Shown in pieces: positions 50,504 through 61,326 of a stretch of 64,000 bases of DNA. A program made the position numbers and the translations under genes. The stretch is from Candidatus Spongiisocius sp. Lineage in GTDB: Bacteria > Actinomycetota > Acidimicrobiia > Spongiisociales > Spongiisociaceae. Each line of letters starts with the position of its first letter. Position 1 is the stretch's first letter. Location of the stretch: NCBI GenBank assembly GCA_965203035.1, contig OZ241858.1, forward strand, positions 2,201,437-2,265,436. The letters are read 5' to 3'. The notes under the pieces were generated by a model. That model made no database searches and was not told the DNA's origin. It saw only the letters and a list, made by a program, of their open reading frames with translations.

Positions 50504-51923
50504 GATGGAAACTCCCACCGACAAGACAGAGCAGACCCAAGACACCGGCATCGAGAACCCGGCTACATCCTTTGGACCGGTGGTATCCCTTCCGCCGGTC
50601 GTGGTGCCGACCGAGATGGTCGCCAACCCGGATGAGGACAACCCGGTCATGGGGCCGCCCGCTATCAAGGCTCGTAGCGTCAGTTCCCTGCCGGACGACC
50701 TCGGCCCGGAGGACTTCGAAGCCGCCATTGCCGAGACCGTCCTCGAATTCAAAGAGGGTGACATCCTCGAGGGACACGTCGTCAACATGGGCCAGGACGA
50801 AGTCCTGGTCGATATCGGCTACAAGTCCGAGGGCGTCGTTCCGCTCAAGGAACTCTCGATTCGCAAGAACGTCACTCCGGACCAGATCGTTTCGATCGGC
50901 CAGAAGATCGAGGTACTGGTCATCGACAAGGAGGACGAGCAGGGCCGCCTGATCCTGTCCAAGAAGCGGGCCCTCTACGAACGGGTCTGGGGCCAGATAG
51001 AAGCGGTCAAGGAGCACAAGGGCACCGTTCGGGGCACTGTGATCGAGGTGGTCAAGGGCGGATTGATCGTGGACATCGGACTCAGGGGCTTCCTGCCCGC
51101 CTCGCTGGTCGATCTCCGCCGGGTTCGTGATCTCGAACCGTTCATAGGCGAGGACATCGAAGCCAAGGTCATCGAGTTGGACCGTAACCGCAACAACGTA
51201 GTGCTGTCGCGGCGCGCCTACCTGGAGGAGGCCCAGGCCGAGCAAAGAGGCGCGTTCCTCAGCAACCTCACGGTGGGCGAGACCCGGACCGGCTCGGTCT
51301 CGTCGGTGGTGAACTTCGGGGCCTTCGTGGACCTCGGAGGAATGGACGGGCTGGTTCACGTCTCCGAATTGAGTTGGAAGCACGTCAACCATCCGTCCGA
51401 GGTGGTCAAGGTCGGCCAGAAGGTGACCGTCAAGGTCCTGGAAATCGACCACAACCGGGAACGGATTTCCCTGTCCATCAAGCAGACCACCGCCGATCCG
51501 TGGCAGGCGTTCAGCCGCCGGCACGAGGTCGGGACGGTCCTCGAGGGAGAGGTGATCAAGACGGTTCCCTTCGGGGCCTTCGTAGCGGTTGGAGACGGCG
51601 TCGAGGGCTTGGTCCACGTCTCGGAGATCGCCATGCATCGGGTCGAGTCTCCCGAGTTGGAACTCTCCATCGGCCAGCGGGTCAAGGTCAAGCTGACCGA
51701 GATGGACGAGGGACGCCGCCGGGTGAGTTTCTCCATCAAGCAGGCCCTACCCGAGTTCAGTGCCCGGCAGTCGGGCCACCGTCCTCCACGTCGCCGGCGC
51801 CCCGCCGTATCCGAGTTCGAACGAGCGGACACCAAAGAGGAGAAGCAGCCCTCCTTCGACGTGGATGCCTCCCTGGAGGCGATCCTCCAGGAGCTGAAGG
51901 AGCGGGGGATCGGCCGCCGGTAG
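50504..51923 (+). CDS. rpsA: 30S ribosomal protein S1
   Basis: Four tandem S1 domains. The start is the internal Met (METPTDK). There is a long structured 5' leader. Confidence 0.9.
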
Positions 51924-51937
51924 AGACGGGGCCGATC

Positions 51938-52558
51938 ATGAAACCGCTGCGGTTGGTCATCGGCGGGGGGATCGGTTCGGGTAAGTCACGGGTAGGCAGG
52001 TTGCTGGTCGAGCGCGGCTTCGCCGTTCTCGACGCGGACCGGGTAGGTCATTCGCTCCTGTCGGGGGACCATCCGGTAGCCCGCCGGGTTGCCGAGCGCT
52101 GGCCGGACGCCGTGACGACCGGCGGGACGATCGACCGGCGCGCGCTGGGGCGCATAGTCTTTGGCGACCGCGACCAGCTCGCCGAACTCGAGGCCATCAC
52201 CCACCCGGCTATTCGCGACGGCATAGCCGGATGGGCTCGGGAGGCGGGAAGGCGTCCCGCGGCCGTGGAGATTCCGATCCTGGCGGACCTGGTCGACGGC
52301 AGCTGGTTGTGGGTGATAATCGAAGCGCCCCTCGAACTCAGGAAGAAGCGGCTACGGGGGCGGGGCATGTCGGACGGGGAAGTCGAGGCTCGCCTGGCCT
52401 CCCAGCCCAGCCACGGGGAATGGTTGGATGCAGCCGACTTCGTGATCGGCAACGCGGGAACCCCGGAGCAACTCGGCCGGGCGCTCGACGACACCCTGGC
52501 ACGGATCATGGCCTCGACCCGCGCCCGATCCGCGGCCGACCCGACCGGCGCGGGTTAG
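51938..52558 (+). CDS. coaE: Dephospho-CoA kinase
   Basis: P-loop (GGIGSGKS) and a CoaE-like fold. Confidence 0.85.
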   Translation: MKPLRLVIGGGIGSGKSRVGRLLVERGFAVLDADRVGHSLLSGDHPVARRVAERWPDAVTTGGTIDRRALGRIVFGDRDQLAELEAITHPAIRDGIAGWAREAGRRPAAVEIPILADLVDGSWLWVIIEAPLELRKKRLRGRGMSDGEVEARLASQPSHGEWLDAADFVIGNAGTPEQLGRALDDTLARIMASTRARSAADPTGAG

Positions 52559-53625
52559 GGCGTTCCCCGGATCCGTTCGCCGCGTTCGTCCTCAACGACC
52601 GGTCTCCGGACGCCGGTACCCGACTGTTTCTTGACAGCGAGCGCCGACAGGGCCTCCATCACCACGCGGTTGGCAGCCATCGACGTCAGGTCGGCGTGGT
52701 CGAAGGGTGGTGAGACCTCCACCACGTCCATGCCCGCCAACTCGACCGCACCGACTATCCGCCGGACCGCCCGCAGGAGCTCGCGGGTGCTCATCCCGCC
52801 GGGCTCGGCCGTTCCCGTCCCCGGGGCATAGGCCGGGTCGAGGACGTCGATGTCCACGCTGAGATACACGGCATCGGCGCCGTCGAGCGCCTCGTCGATC
52901 GCCCGGTCGATCACCGCCTCGGCGCCATGCTCCTCGATCTCGGTGATGAAGTGTGACCGGAAGCCCTTCTCCTCCATCCAGGCCAGCGTCTCCCGGTCCG
53001 GCCAGTAACCCCTGAGCCCGACCTGGACGAAGTTCGGCCCGGCGATCGCTCCCGACTCCAGGAGCTTCCGCATCGGAGCCCCGTGGTTCGCGATCGGTCC
53101 GGTCACCTCGCCTGTGTCGGCGTGCGCGTCGAAATGGACCATCCCGATCCTCGCCGGATCGTTGACCTCCGCGATGGCCGTGGCCGATGGCCAGGTGATG
53201 CCATGGTCGCCTCCGAGAACGATCGGAACCGCACCCGTTCCGGCCAGGTCGCGCACCTTCCGGTAGATCATCGCGTAGCCCCGTTCCAGCCATACCGGCT
53301 CGATGTTGGCGTCACCTGCGTCGACTACGTCCAGAACATCGAAGAGGCTCACGCCGAGCTGGAGGGAGTAGAAGCTGCCGTAGTTGTTGTTGCCCGTCCG
53401 TATGGCCCTGGGCCCGAATCTCGCCCCCGGCCGGTAGGTGGTGCCGTCGTCGAGCGGAGCCCCCACGATTACCGCGTCAGGGGCCAGGTCGGCAACCTGC
53501 TCGATGTCGGTCACCAGTGGCAGCTTGGCGAACGTCGTGGCCCCCATGTACGCAGGCAGGGCGGAGTCAGGGCGTTCGACGAACTCCTCGCTGTGCCATC
53601 CGTGCATGTTCCCGTAGTCAGGCAT
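52555..53625 (-). CDS. Agmatinase/ureohydrolase-family (arginase fold) enzyme
   Basis: Mn-binding motifs (GGDHGIT, VHFDAHADT, SVDIDVLDPAYAPGTGT). The start is set at an internal Met; the ORF-track extension is rejected. Confidence 0.8.
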   Translation of the reverse strand: MPDYGNMHGWHSEEFVERPDSALPAYMGATTFAKLPLVTDIEQVADLAPDAVIVGAPLDDGTTYRPGARFGPRAIRTGNNNYGSFYSLQLGVSLFDVLDVVDAGDANIEPVWLERGYAMIYRKVRDLAGTGAVPIVLGGDHGITWPSATAIAEVNDPARIGMVHFDAHADTGEVTGPIANHGAPMRKLLESGAIAGPNFVQVGLRGYWPDRETLAWMEEKGFRSHFITEIEEHGAEAVIDRAIDEALDGADAVYLSVDIDVLDPAYAPGTGTAEPGGMSTRELLRAVRRIVGAVELAGMDVVEVSPPFDHADLTSMAANRVVMEALSALAVKKQSGTGVRRPVVEDERGERIRGTP

Positions 53626-53860
53626 CGCCCCTCGTGTCATCGTCCGCGACGAACGATAGACCATCCGGGCGCCGTTCAAGCACCCCGCCATTGCGCGCCG
53701 CCCCCACCGGGACATCTCCTCCGGGCGGTGTCCTGGGCAAGGTTTCGGAGGCTACCGAAACATGTCCGGTCGGACCGACAGCCCGGCACGGAATGCGAGT
53801 CGCGTCGTGGCGGGCCAACCGATCCCCGCCTGTCTCAGCACCCTTCTATGATCGAGCGGC

Positions 53861-55879
53861 GTGGCGGACTTCGCAGTTGTCTCGGACTTCAACCCGGCCG
53901 GTGATCAACCGGCCGCCATCGACGCGCTGGTCGAGGGTGTGGAACGCGGCGATGCGTTCCAGACCCTGCTGGGCATCACCGGCTCCGGGAAGTCCGCCAC
54001 CATCGCCTGGACGATCGAGCGAGCCCAACGGCCTGCCCTGGTGATCGCTCCGAACAAGGCCCTCGCCGCCCAGCTGGCCTCCGAGTTCCGCCAGTTCTTC
54101 CCCGGCAATCGGGTGGAGTACTTCGTCTCCTACTACGACTACTACCAACCGGAGGCCTACATCCCCCAGACCGATACCTACATCGAGAAGGACGCCACCA
54201 TCAACGACGAGATCGACCGGCTCCGTCATGCTGCCACCTCGTCGCTGCTGTTCCGGGACGATGTGGTGATAGTGGCCAGCGTTTCCTGCATCTACGGGCT
54301 GGGCAGTCCGGATGAGTACGCCGGGCAGGTCCTCCGGCTGATCCGGGGCGTCGAATTCCCGCTCCACCAGGCCATCCGCCGGCTGGTGGACATCCAGTAC
54401 CAGCGCAACGAGGTCAACCTGGTGCGGGGCCGGTTCCGCGTCAGGGGCGACACCCTCGAAGTCTTCCCCGCCTACGAGGAGACCATCGCCCGGGTGGAGT
54501 ACTTCGGAGATGAGGTGGAGAGGATCGTCCGCATCAACCCCGTCACCGGCGAGATCATCGACGAGATGAAGGAACTGTGGGTGTACCCGGCCACCCACTA
54601 TGCCGCCTCGGAGGAGCGCATGGAGCGGGCGATGGTGGGTATCCAGGCCGAGCTACGAGAGCGCCTGGCGGAACTGGAGCAGCAGGGAAAGCTGCTCGAG
54701 GCGCAACGGCTCCGCATGCGTACCACCTACGACCTGGAGATGATCCGCGAGGTGGGGTTCTGCTCCGGGATCGAGAACTACAGCCGCCACATCGACGGTA
54801 GGGCGCCCGGGGAGGCCCCCTACACGCTGCTCGACTACTTCCCGGATGACTTCCTGACCATCATCGACGAGAGCCATGTGGCCATCCCGCAGCTCCACGG
54901 CCAGTACGAGGGGGATCGAAGCCGCAAGGACGTGCTCGTGGAGCACGGTTTCCGCCTGCCTTCGGCACTCGACAACCGGCCGCTGCGCTTCGATGAGTGG
55001 CTGGAGAAGACCGGCCAGGTGATCTTCATGTCGGCCACGCCCAGCCCCTTCGAGCGCCGGCATTCCGACAACATCGTCGAGCAGATAGTGCGGCCCACCG
55101 GGCTGGTCGATCCGGAGGTGGTGGTCAGGCCCGCAAAGGGTCAGATAGACGATCTCATCGGGGAGATCCGGGACCAGGCTGTGCTGGGCAACCGGGTGCT
55201 GGTCACCACGCTGACCAAGAAGATGTCCGAGGATCTCACCGACTACCTGCTGGAAATGGGGATCCGGGCTCGCTACCTCCATTCGGAGATCGACACCCTG
55301 GAACGCGTTCAGTTGCTGCGCGAACTGCGGTTGGGGGAGTACGACGTGCTGGTAGGCATCAACCTGCTCCGGGAGGGACTGGACCTGCCCGAGGTGTCGT
55401 TGGTGGCGATCCTGGATGCCGACAAGGAAGGCTTCCTCCGCTCCGAGACCAGCCTGATCCAGATCATCGGCCGGGCGGCTCGGAACGTCTCGGGCCGGGT
55501 GATCATGTACGCGGACGACGTGACCGACTCCATGAGGGCCGCTATCGGGGAGACCAACCGGCGCCGCTACCTGCAGGTGCGCTACAACGAGGAGCACGGC
55601 ATCGACCCCCAGACCATCCGCAAGAAGGTGTCCGACATCCTCGAGCTGGTGTCATCGAGCGGGCCATCGTCGCGCCGCCGGGACAGGAGCCTGGGCTCGA
55701 TGGAGGTGAGCTCCCCGGTGGAGCTGGCCGGCGAGGACCTGGGCCGCATGATCCAGAGCCTTGAGGACGAGATGCGGGAAGCTGCCCGGGAACTCCGCTT
55801 CGAGTACGCCGCCCGCCTCCGGGACGAGGTGGCCGAACTCAAACGAGAGATGAAGGAACTCAGCGAGGTAACGAGGTAG
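53861..55879 (+). CDS. uvrB: Excinuclease ABC subunit B
   Basis: Walker A (GITGSGKS), helicase motifs, and a C-terminal UVR domain. Confidence 0.95.
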   Translation: MADFAVVSDFNPAGDQPAAIDALVEGVERGDAFQTLLGITGSGKSATIAWTIERAQRPALVIAPNKALAAQLASEFRQFFPGNRVEYFVSYYDYYQPEAYIPQTDTYIEKDATINDEIDRLRHAATSSLLFRDDVVIVASVSCIYGLGSPDEYAGQVLRLIRGVEFPLHQAIRRLVDIQYQRNEVNLVRGRFRVRGDTLEVFPAYEETIARVEYFGDEVERIVRINPVTGEIIDEMKELWVYPATHYAASEERMERAMVGIQAELRERLAELEQQGKLLEAQRLRMRTTYDLEMIREVGFCSGIENYSRHIDGRAPGEAPYTLLDYFPDDFLTIIDESHVAIPQLHGQYEGDRSRKDVLVEHGFRLPSALDNRPLRFDEWLEKTGQVIFMSATPSPFERRHSDNIVEQIVRPTGLVDPEVVVRPAKGQIDDLIGEIRDQAVLGNRVLVTTLTKKMSEDLTDYLLEMGIRARYLHSEIDTLERVQLLRELRLGEYDVLVGINLLREGLDLPEVSLVAILDADKEGFLRSETSLIQIIGRAARNVSGRVIMYADDVTDSMRAAIGETNRRRYLQVRYNEEHGIDPQTIRKKVSDILELVSSSGPSSRRRDRSLGSMEVSSPVELAGEDLGRMIQSLEDEMREAARELRFEYAARLRDEVAELKREMKELSEVTR

Positions 55880-55967
55880 TCACCGCGTCGCCGGCCGAGC
55901 CTTGCCCTGGCCGCCGGGCCGGCTGGTCACGGGCAACCGCTAGCATGGCGGGTATCCCGCCTCCCCT

Positions 55968-58808
55968 GTGTCGAACCGCCCGAGCTTCATGACCAGAGAC
56001 CAGCTCATCGTTCGCGGAGCACGCGAGCACAACCTCCAGGACATCTCCGTCGAGCTTCCCCGCGAGAGGTTCATCGTCTTCACCGGCCTGTCCGGATCGG
56101 GGAAGTCCAGCCTGGCGTTCGACACCATCTACGCGGAGGGCCAGCGCCGCTACGTGGAGAGCCTGTCCGCTTACGCCCGCCAGTTCCTGGGTCAGATGGA
56201 CAAGCCCGATGTGGACTTCATCGAGGGCCTGTCACCCGCCATCTCGATCGACCAGAAGACCGCCAGCCGGAATCCCCGTTCCACGGTCGGCACCGTCACC
56301 GAGATCCATGACTACCTCCGCCTCCTCTACGCCCGCATCGGGAAGCCCCACTGTCCCCGCTGCGGGAAGGTGGTGGCGCGCCAGACTCCCCAGCAGATCG
56401 TTGACCGGATAGCCGAGCTCGAGGAGGGCACTCGCTTCCAGGTACTGGCGCCCATCGTCCGCGGACGTAAGGGGGAGTACGAGGAGCTGTTCCGGGACCT
56501 GTCCCGCCAGGGTTTCAGCCGGGCCCGGGTGGACGGTGAGATCATGGACCTGGCCGAGTCCATCCGTCTCGACCGCTATTACACCCACACCATCGAGGTG
56601 GTGGTCGACCGGCTGGTGGCGGGCCGGGGCGATATCCGGCGCCTCACCGACTCCCTGGAAACCGCCTTGGGCCTGACCGGTGGCACCGCGGTGGTCGACG
56701 TCATCGACGGGTCTGAGCTGACCTTCAGCCAGCACCTCTCCTGCGACAGCTGCGGCATCTCGTTCGACCAGCTGGAGCCCCGGTCGTTCTCCTTCAACAG
56801 CCCCTACGGCGCCTGCGAGGCCTGCTCCGGCATCGGCACCAGGTTCGAGGTGGATCCCCGCCTGGTCGTACCGGATGACGAGCTCTCCATCGCGGATGGC
56901 GCGCTCGCCCCATGGGCTACGAACAGCAACCGCTACTACCAGCATCTCCTCAACGGCCTGGCCCGGACGCTGGGCTTCGACGTAGACGCCCGGTTCTGCG
57001 ACCTGGACATCGAGCACCAGCAGGCGGTGCTGCACGGCACCGGAGACCTCCGGGTCCAGGTGTCATTCACCAACCGGTTCGGCCGGCGACGGCGCTACCG
57101 GGCCAAATACGAAGGGGTGATCCCGGTGTTGCGCCGCCGCCACGAGCAGACCGAGTCGGATCGAGCCCGGTCGTTGTACGAGGAGTACATGCGCCAGGTG
57201 CCCTGCCCGACCTGCTCCGGCGCCCGCCTCAACCCGGTGTCGCTGGCCGTCACCGTGGGGGGGCTGAACATCTTCGAGGTCTGCGACCGGTCCATCCGGG
57301 GCACGCTCGAAGCTCTCGACCGGCTCGAGCTCGGGGAACGGGATGCGACCATCGCCGGTCCGGTGCTGAAGGAGATCCACGAGCGCCTCCGTTTCCTCCT
57401 CGATGTGGGCCTCGAGTACCTGACCCTCTACCGCGGCGCCGCCACCCTTTCGGGAGGCGAGGCGCAGCGCATCCGCCTCGCAACGCAGATCGGCTCGGGA
57501 CTGGTGGGCGTTCTATACGTGCTCGACGAGCCGTCCATCGGCCTTCACCAGCGGGACAACCGGCGGCTGCTGGAGACTCTGCTCCGGCTCCGTGATCTCG
57601 GTAACACCCTGATCGTGGTCGAGCACGACGAAGAGACCATTCGGACCGCCGATCACGTGGTCGACCTGGGCCCGGGAGCGGGTGAGCGGGGCGGGCACGT
57701 GGTGGCTGAAGGGGACCTGACGGACCTTCTGGCCGAGCCGGAATCGCTGACGGGCGCCTATCTGGCAGGGCGCCGGCACATCCCCACACCCGGGCGGCGT
57801 CGCAACGGAGACGGCCGGTCGCTCAAGGTGATCGGAGCCGCCGAGAACAACCTGCGCAACCTCGACGTGGAACTCCCTCTGGGGAAGCTGATCGCCGTCA
57901 CGGGGGTGTCCGGGAGCGGCAAGTCCTCCCTGGTGCAGGAAATCCTGTCGAAAGGCCTGCACAGCCGGCTGTATCGCTCGCGGGCCGTTCCCGGACGGCA
58001 TCGCCGCATCGTCGGGGTCGAATACCTCGACAAGGTGATAAACATCGACCAGTCGCCCATCGGCCGCACCCCGCGCTCGAACGCCGCCACATACACGAAG
58101 GTGTTCGACCGGATCCGCAAGCTGTTCTCCTCCACGCCGGAGGCCCGGGCCCGCGGCTACCTGCCGGGGCGCTTCTCCTTCAATGTCAAGGGCGGTCGGT
58201 GCGAGGCCTGCCGGGGCGATGGCAACATCAGGATCGAGATGCACTTCCTGCCGGACGTCTACGTGACCTGCGAGGTCTGCGAGGGCCGGCGCTACAACCG
58301 GGACACCTTGCAGGTGCTGTGGAAGGGCCGGTCGATCGCCGACGTCCTCAACATGCCGGCCGAGGAGGCACTCTCGTTCTTCGAAGCGCAGCCCCCGATC
58401 GCCCGGATCGTCCAGACCATCTGCGATGTCGGCCTCGGTTACATCCGTCTGGGCCAGCCGGCCCCGACCCTTTCCGGCGGGGAGGCCCAGCGGGTGAAGC
58501 TGGCATCCGAGCTGGGCAAGCGCGCCACGGGCAATACCTTCTACATCCTCGACGAGCCCACCACCGGACTCCACTTCGAGGACACCCGCAAGCTCCTTGA
58601 GGTACTCCACCGCCTCGTGGACACCGGCAACACGGTGGTGGTGATCGAACACAACCTGGACGTGGTGCGCTCTGCCGACTGGATCATCGACCTCGGCCCG
58701 GAAGGCGGAGATGAGGGCGGGCGGATCGTCGCCTCGGGCACCCCCGAGCAGGTGGCCGCCGTGCCCGAGTCCTATACCGGCAAGTTCCTCCGCGACGTAC
58801 TCCCGTAA
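55968..58808 (+). CDS. uvrA: Excinuclease ABC subunit A
   Basis: Two ABC modules ([24 protein letters not shown]) and zinc-finger Cys clusters. Confidence 0.95.
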   Translation: MSNRPSFMTRDQLIVRGAREHNLQDISVELPRERFIVFTGLSGSGKSSLAFDTIYAEGQRRYVESLSAYARQFLGQMDKPDVDFIEGLSPAISIDQKTASRNPRSTVGTVTEIHDYLRLLYARIGKPHCPRCGKVVARQTPQQIVDRIAELEEGTRFQVLAPIVRGRKGEYEELFRDLSRQGFSRARVDGEIMDLAESIRLDRYYTHTIEVVVDRLVAGRGDIRRLTDSLETALGLTGGTAVVDVIDGSELTFSQHLSCDSCGISFDQLEPRSFSFNSPYGACEACSGIGTRFEVDPRLVVPDDELSIADGALAPWATNSNRYYQHLLNGLARTLGFDVDARFCDLDIEHQQAVLHGTGDLRVQVSFTNRFGRRRRYRAKYEGVIPVLRRRHEQTESDRARSLYEEYMRQVPCPTCSGARLNPVSLAVTVGGLNIFEVCDRSIRGTLEALDRLELGERDATIAGPVLKEIHERLRFLLDVGLEYLTLYRGAATLSGGEAQRIRLATQIGSGLVGVLYVLDEPSIGLHQRDNRRLLETLLRLRDLGNTLIVVEHDEETIRTADHVVDLGPGAGERGGHVVAEGDLTDLLAEPESLTGAYLAGRRHIPTPGRRRNGDGRSLKVIGAAENNLRNLDVELPLGKLIAVTGVSGSGKSSLVQEILSKGLHSRLYRSRAVPGRHRRIVGVEYLDKVINIDQSPIGRTPRSNAATYTKVFDRIRKLFSSTPEARARGYLPGRFSFNVKGGRCEACRGDGNIRIEMHFLPDVYVTCEVCEGRRYNRDTLQVLWKGRSIADVLNMPAEEALSFFEAQPPIARIVQTICDVGLGYIRLGQPAPTLSGGEAQRVKLASELGKRATGNTFYILDEPTTGLHFEDTRKLLEVLHRLVDTGNTVVVIEHNLDVVRSADWIIDLGPEGGDEGGRIVASGTPEQVAAVPESYTGKFLRDVLP

Positions 58809-58841
58809 GAGCCGGCGCTCAGAAACAGTCAGCTGAGGCTA

Positions 58842-58869
58842 AACTTAGTCTATGAACTTAGTCTATAGT
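58842..58869 (+). promoter_or_regulatory. Two 12-bp direct repeats (AACTTAGTCTAT, spacer of 1 nt) overlapping a TATAGT -10-like hexamer upstream of the TA operon. Candidate autoregulatory operator.
   Basis: Read directly from the sequence. A GAGGAG SD lies 8 nt before the ATG at 58895. Confidence 0.4.
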
Positions 58870-58894
58870 GAGCCATGTGAGAGGAGCAGTTCGT

Positions 58895-59131
58895 ATGGCC
58901 GTGACCGTGAACGTACATCAGGCCAAGACGCACCTGTCGAGGTTGCTGGATCGCGCCCACGCCGGAGAGGAGATCATCCTCGCCAAGGCGGGCAAGCCCT
59001 ATGCCGTGCTCGGACCCCTTCCTCCATCCGATGTGGGCCGCCGCCCCGGCCGGCTGGCCGATCAGACTGTCGGCCCGGAGATACTCCTGCCCCTTCCGTC
59101 CGCCGAACTCGATGCCTGGGAAGGGAGATGA
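58895..59131 (+). CDS. Type II antitoxin (VapB/Phd-YefM-like small DNA-binding protein)
   Basis: MAVTVNVHQAKTHLSRLLDRAHAGEEIILAKAGKPYAVL. Stop overlaps the toxin start (ATGA). Confidence 0.7.
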   Translation: MAVTVNVHQAKTHLSRLLDRAHAGEEIILAKAGKPYAVLGPLPPSDVGRRPGRLADQTVGPEILLPLPSAELDAWEGR

Positions 59132-59517
59132 TGCGGCTATTGCTAGACACGCATACCTTGTTGTGGTGGTGGACCAACAACCCCAACCTCTCGGCCCTCG
59201 CCCGGAATTCCATTGCTGACGGGACATCCGAGGTATTCGTCAGCGCGGCGAGCGCTTGGGAAATCGCTACTTTAAGACGGCTAGGACGCCTGGATCGCGC
59301 TCCCGACGCCACCGGCCGCTTCCATGAGTTGGTTGCGGCAGATGAGTTCCGTCACCTGGCAATCACCTACAGACACTGTCTCCGTGCCGGCGCCTATACG
59401 GCAGAGCATCGCGATCCCTTCGACCGGATGCTGGCCGCCCAGAGCGAGATGGAGTCACTCACCCTGGTGACCAAGGATCTCGCGTTCGGGCAATTCGAAA
59501 CCACGGTTATCTGGTAA
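59128..59517 (+). CDS. vapC: PIN-domain ribonuclease toxin (VapC family)
   Basis: N-terminal LLDTHTLLWWW with the acidic PIN residues, and the size (129 aa). Paired with the upstream antitoxin. Confidence 0.75.
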   Translation: MMRLLLDTHTLLWWWTNNPNLSALARNSIADGTSEVFVSAASAWEIATLRRLGRLDRAPDATGRFHELVAADEFRHLAITYRHCLRAGAYTAEHRDPFDRMLAAQSEMESLTLVTKDLAFGQFETTVIW

Positions 59518-59593
59518 GACAGGCGGTGACCTCCGCCGTGGCAACAGCCGCGAATTACCTCACCGGGACCGCCGCTGATGGGAGTGGATAGCC

Positions 59594-60346
59594 GTGAGCA
59601 CGCCAGGGAAACATGAACGAGCAGACGACTGGATCGACCTAGCCGGCTGGTGGATGGCCGAGGCCGATGACCCGGCCTACCGGGAGGCGGTGGTTCCGCT
59701 CTTCCTCGAAGTGTTCCGGCCGCAGAGCGGGAAGGTGGTGCTGGATCTCGGTTGCGGGGACGGGCGCATCGGCGAGATGGTGGCGGCTCAGGGCGTCACG
59801 GTGGTCGGTGTGGACGTCAACATCGAACTGGCCCGTATGGCAGCCGGTCGCCATCCGGTGTTCCTCAGGCGGCTACCCGATCTGGCCTGCGTACGCGACG
59901 AGGCTGTGGACGGCGCCTACGCCGTCCTGGCGCTGGAGCACTTCGAGGGCTCGGGGTGCTTCTTCACCGAGACCGCCCGGGTCACCCGCGCCGGCGGATC
60001 GTTGACGGTCGTCGTCAACCATCCCGTATACACGGCGCCCCGGTCCGGGCCGGTGATCGATCCGAGCGACGGCGAGCTGCTGTGGCGGTTCGGCCGCTAC
60101 CTGAGCCGGGGAAACAGTTTCGAGCCCGCCGGTGACCAGGCCGTCGAGTTCCGGCACCGGCCCATCGGAGTGCTGCTCACCGACGCGGCCGGCGCCGGAT
60201 GGCAGGTGGAGGAAGTCCGCGAGCGGGGCATGGGTACTGAAACCGGCGCCCGCGACGACCTGCTGGCCCGGCATGGCGACATCCCCCACCTCATGGCCAT
60301 CCGGTGGCGCCGACGTAGTAGACCCGGCCCTCCGCCTAAGCGATAG
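59594..60346 (+). CDS. Class I SAM-dependent methyltransferase
   Basis: SAM-binding motif I (VLDLGCGDGRIG). Confidence 0.8.
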   Translation: MSTPGKHERADDWIDLAGWWMAEADDPAYREAVVPLFLEVFRPQSGKVVLDLGCGDGRIGEMVAAQGVTVVGVDVNIELARMAAGRHPVFLRRLPDLACVRDEAVDGAYAVLALEHFEGSGCFFTETARVTRAGGSLTVVVNHPVYTAPRSGPVIDPSDGELLWRFGRYLSRGNSFEPAGDQAVEFRHRPIGVLLTDAAGAGWQVEEVRERGMGTETGARDDLLARHGDIPHLMAIRWRRRSRPGPPPKR

Positions 60347-60387
60347 GGCCGGGTCTGGTTGTCCGATGTTCGATTTCGGCTAACGGA

Positions 60388-61326
60388 TCAGCCTGCCGCT
60401 CGCGCCGACGCCAGCCAGCCGTCGACCATGTCGCGGTTAGCAGCGATCCAAGCCTCGGCATCGCCTTCGATATCAGCCTCGGAGTATTCCCCGGCGGCCA
60501 TCCTGGCGTTCTGTGCCGCGATGTCAGCCAGCGGGATCGCCACCAACTCGAGGAGTTGGCGGATGTCCGGGTTCCTATCCAAGAAGTCGGTGTTGGCCAC
60601 CGCTCGGATGTCGTTGATGTCGGACTGCACCCACACGGCATTCTGGCCCGGCACCAGGGCGGTGCTGGTCCAGTTGGGCGTCCAGGCATAGAACAACGCC
60701 GACTCGCCGGCCGCTACCTCATCGATGACGCCTCTGATCAACTGGTCGTAGGTGCCGGAGATCTGCTCCACACCGGCGCCCCAGCTCTCGTTGGCGATCT
60801 GTTCGTTGAACTCGACCTGGCATCCCCATCCGACATTGCAGCCGATGAAGTCGGCCTTGCCGTTGCCGTTCTTATCGAAGGCCCCGGCATTGGCGGCCAC
60901 GCCGTCCATCGAGGAGATTCCCAGCCTGTCGGCTGTGGCCTTATCGACCATGATGCCCGAGCCGCCGCCGCCGGCTACCTGCCAGCCAACCACCTCAATG
61001 GGTAGATCGACCGCTTGGCCGGTGACGTTCTCTCCCTCCAGGAAGATGCCATGAAGGGGGAACCAGCCGTTGGCCCAGAGGTCGTACTGGCCCGCGGCTA
61101 GGGCGGGATAGAACGAGTAAGGCCTGAGTTCGGCGGCTGCCGGATCGGTGACCTCGTGTCCGAGCTCCTCGATCAGCTGCGCATAGATGGCAGCCTGCAT
61201 GTAGCCGGAACTCCAGTCGGCCCGGGCGATCGCCACGGGGCCCTCCTCTTCTTGGACGGCGCAGGCCGAAAGCACGAGCACTGAAGCCGCTATAGCGGCG
61301 ATCAGTTTGCTCGATCTCTTGATCAC
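60388..61326 (-). CDS. Glycine betaine/osmoprotectant-binding lipoprotein (ProX/OpuAC-like substrate-binding protein)
   Basis: Lipobox (LVLSAC). Substrate-binding-protein fold with aromatic-box Trp residues (LWANGWFP). Confidence 0.75.
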   Translation of the reverse strand: MIKRSSKLIAAIAASVLVLSACAVQEEEGPVAIARADWSSGYMQAAIYAQLIEELGHEVTDPAAAELRPYSFYPALAAGQYDLWANGWFPLHGIFLEGENVTGQAVDLPIEVVGWQVAGGGGSGIMVDKATADRLGISSMDGVAANAGAFDKNGNGKADFIGCNVGWGCQVEFNEQIANESWGAGVEQISGTYDQLIRGVIDEVAAGESALFYAWTPNWTSTALVPGQNAVWVQSDINDIRAVANTDFLDRNPDIRQLLELVAIPLADIAAQNARMAAGEYSEADIEGDAEAWIAANRDMVDGWLASARAAG

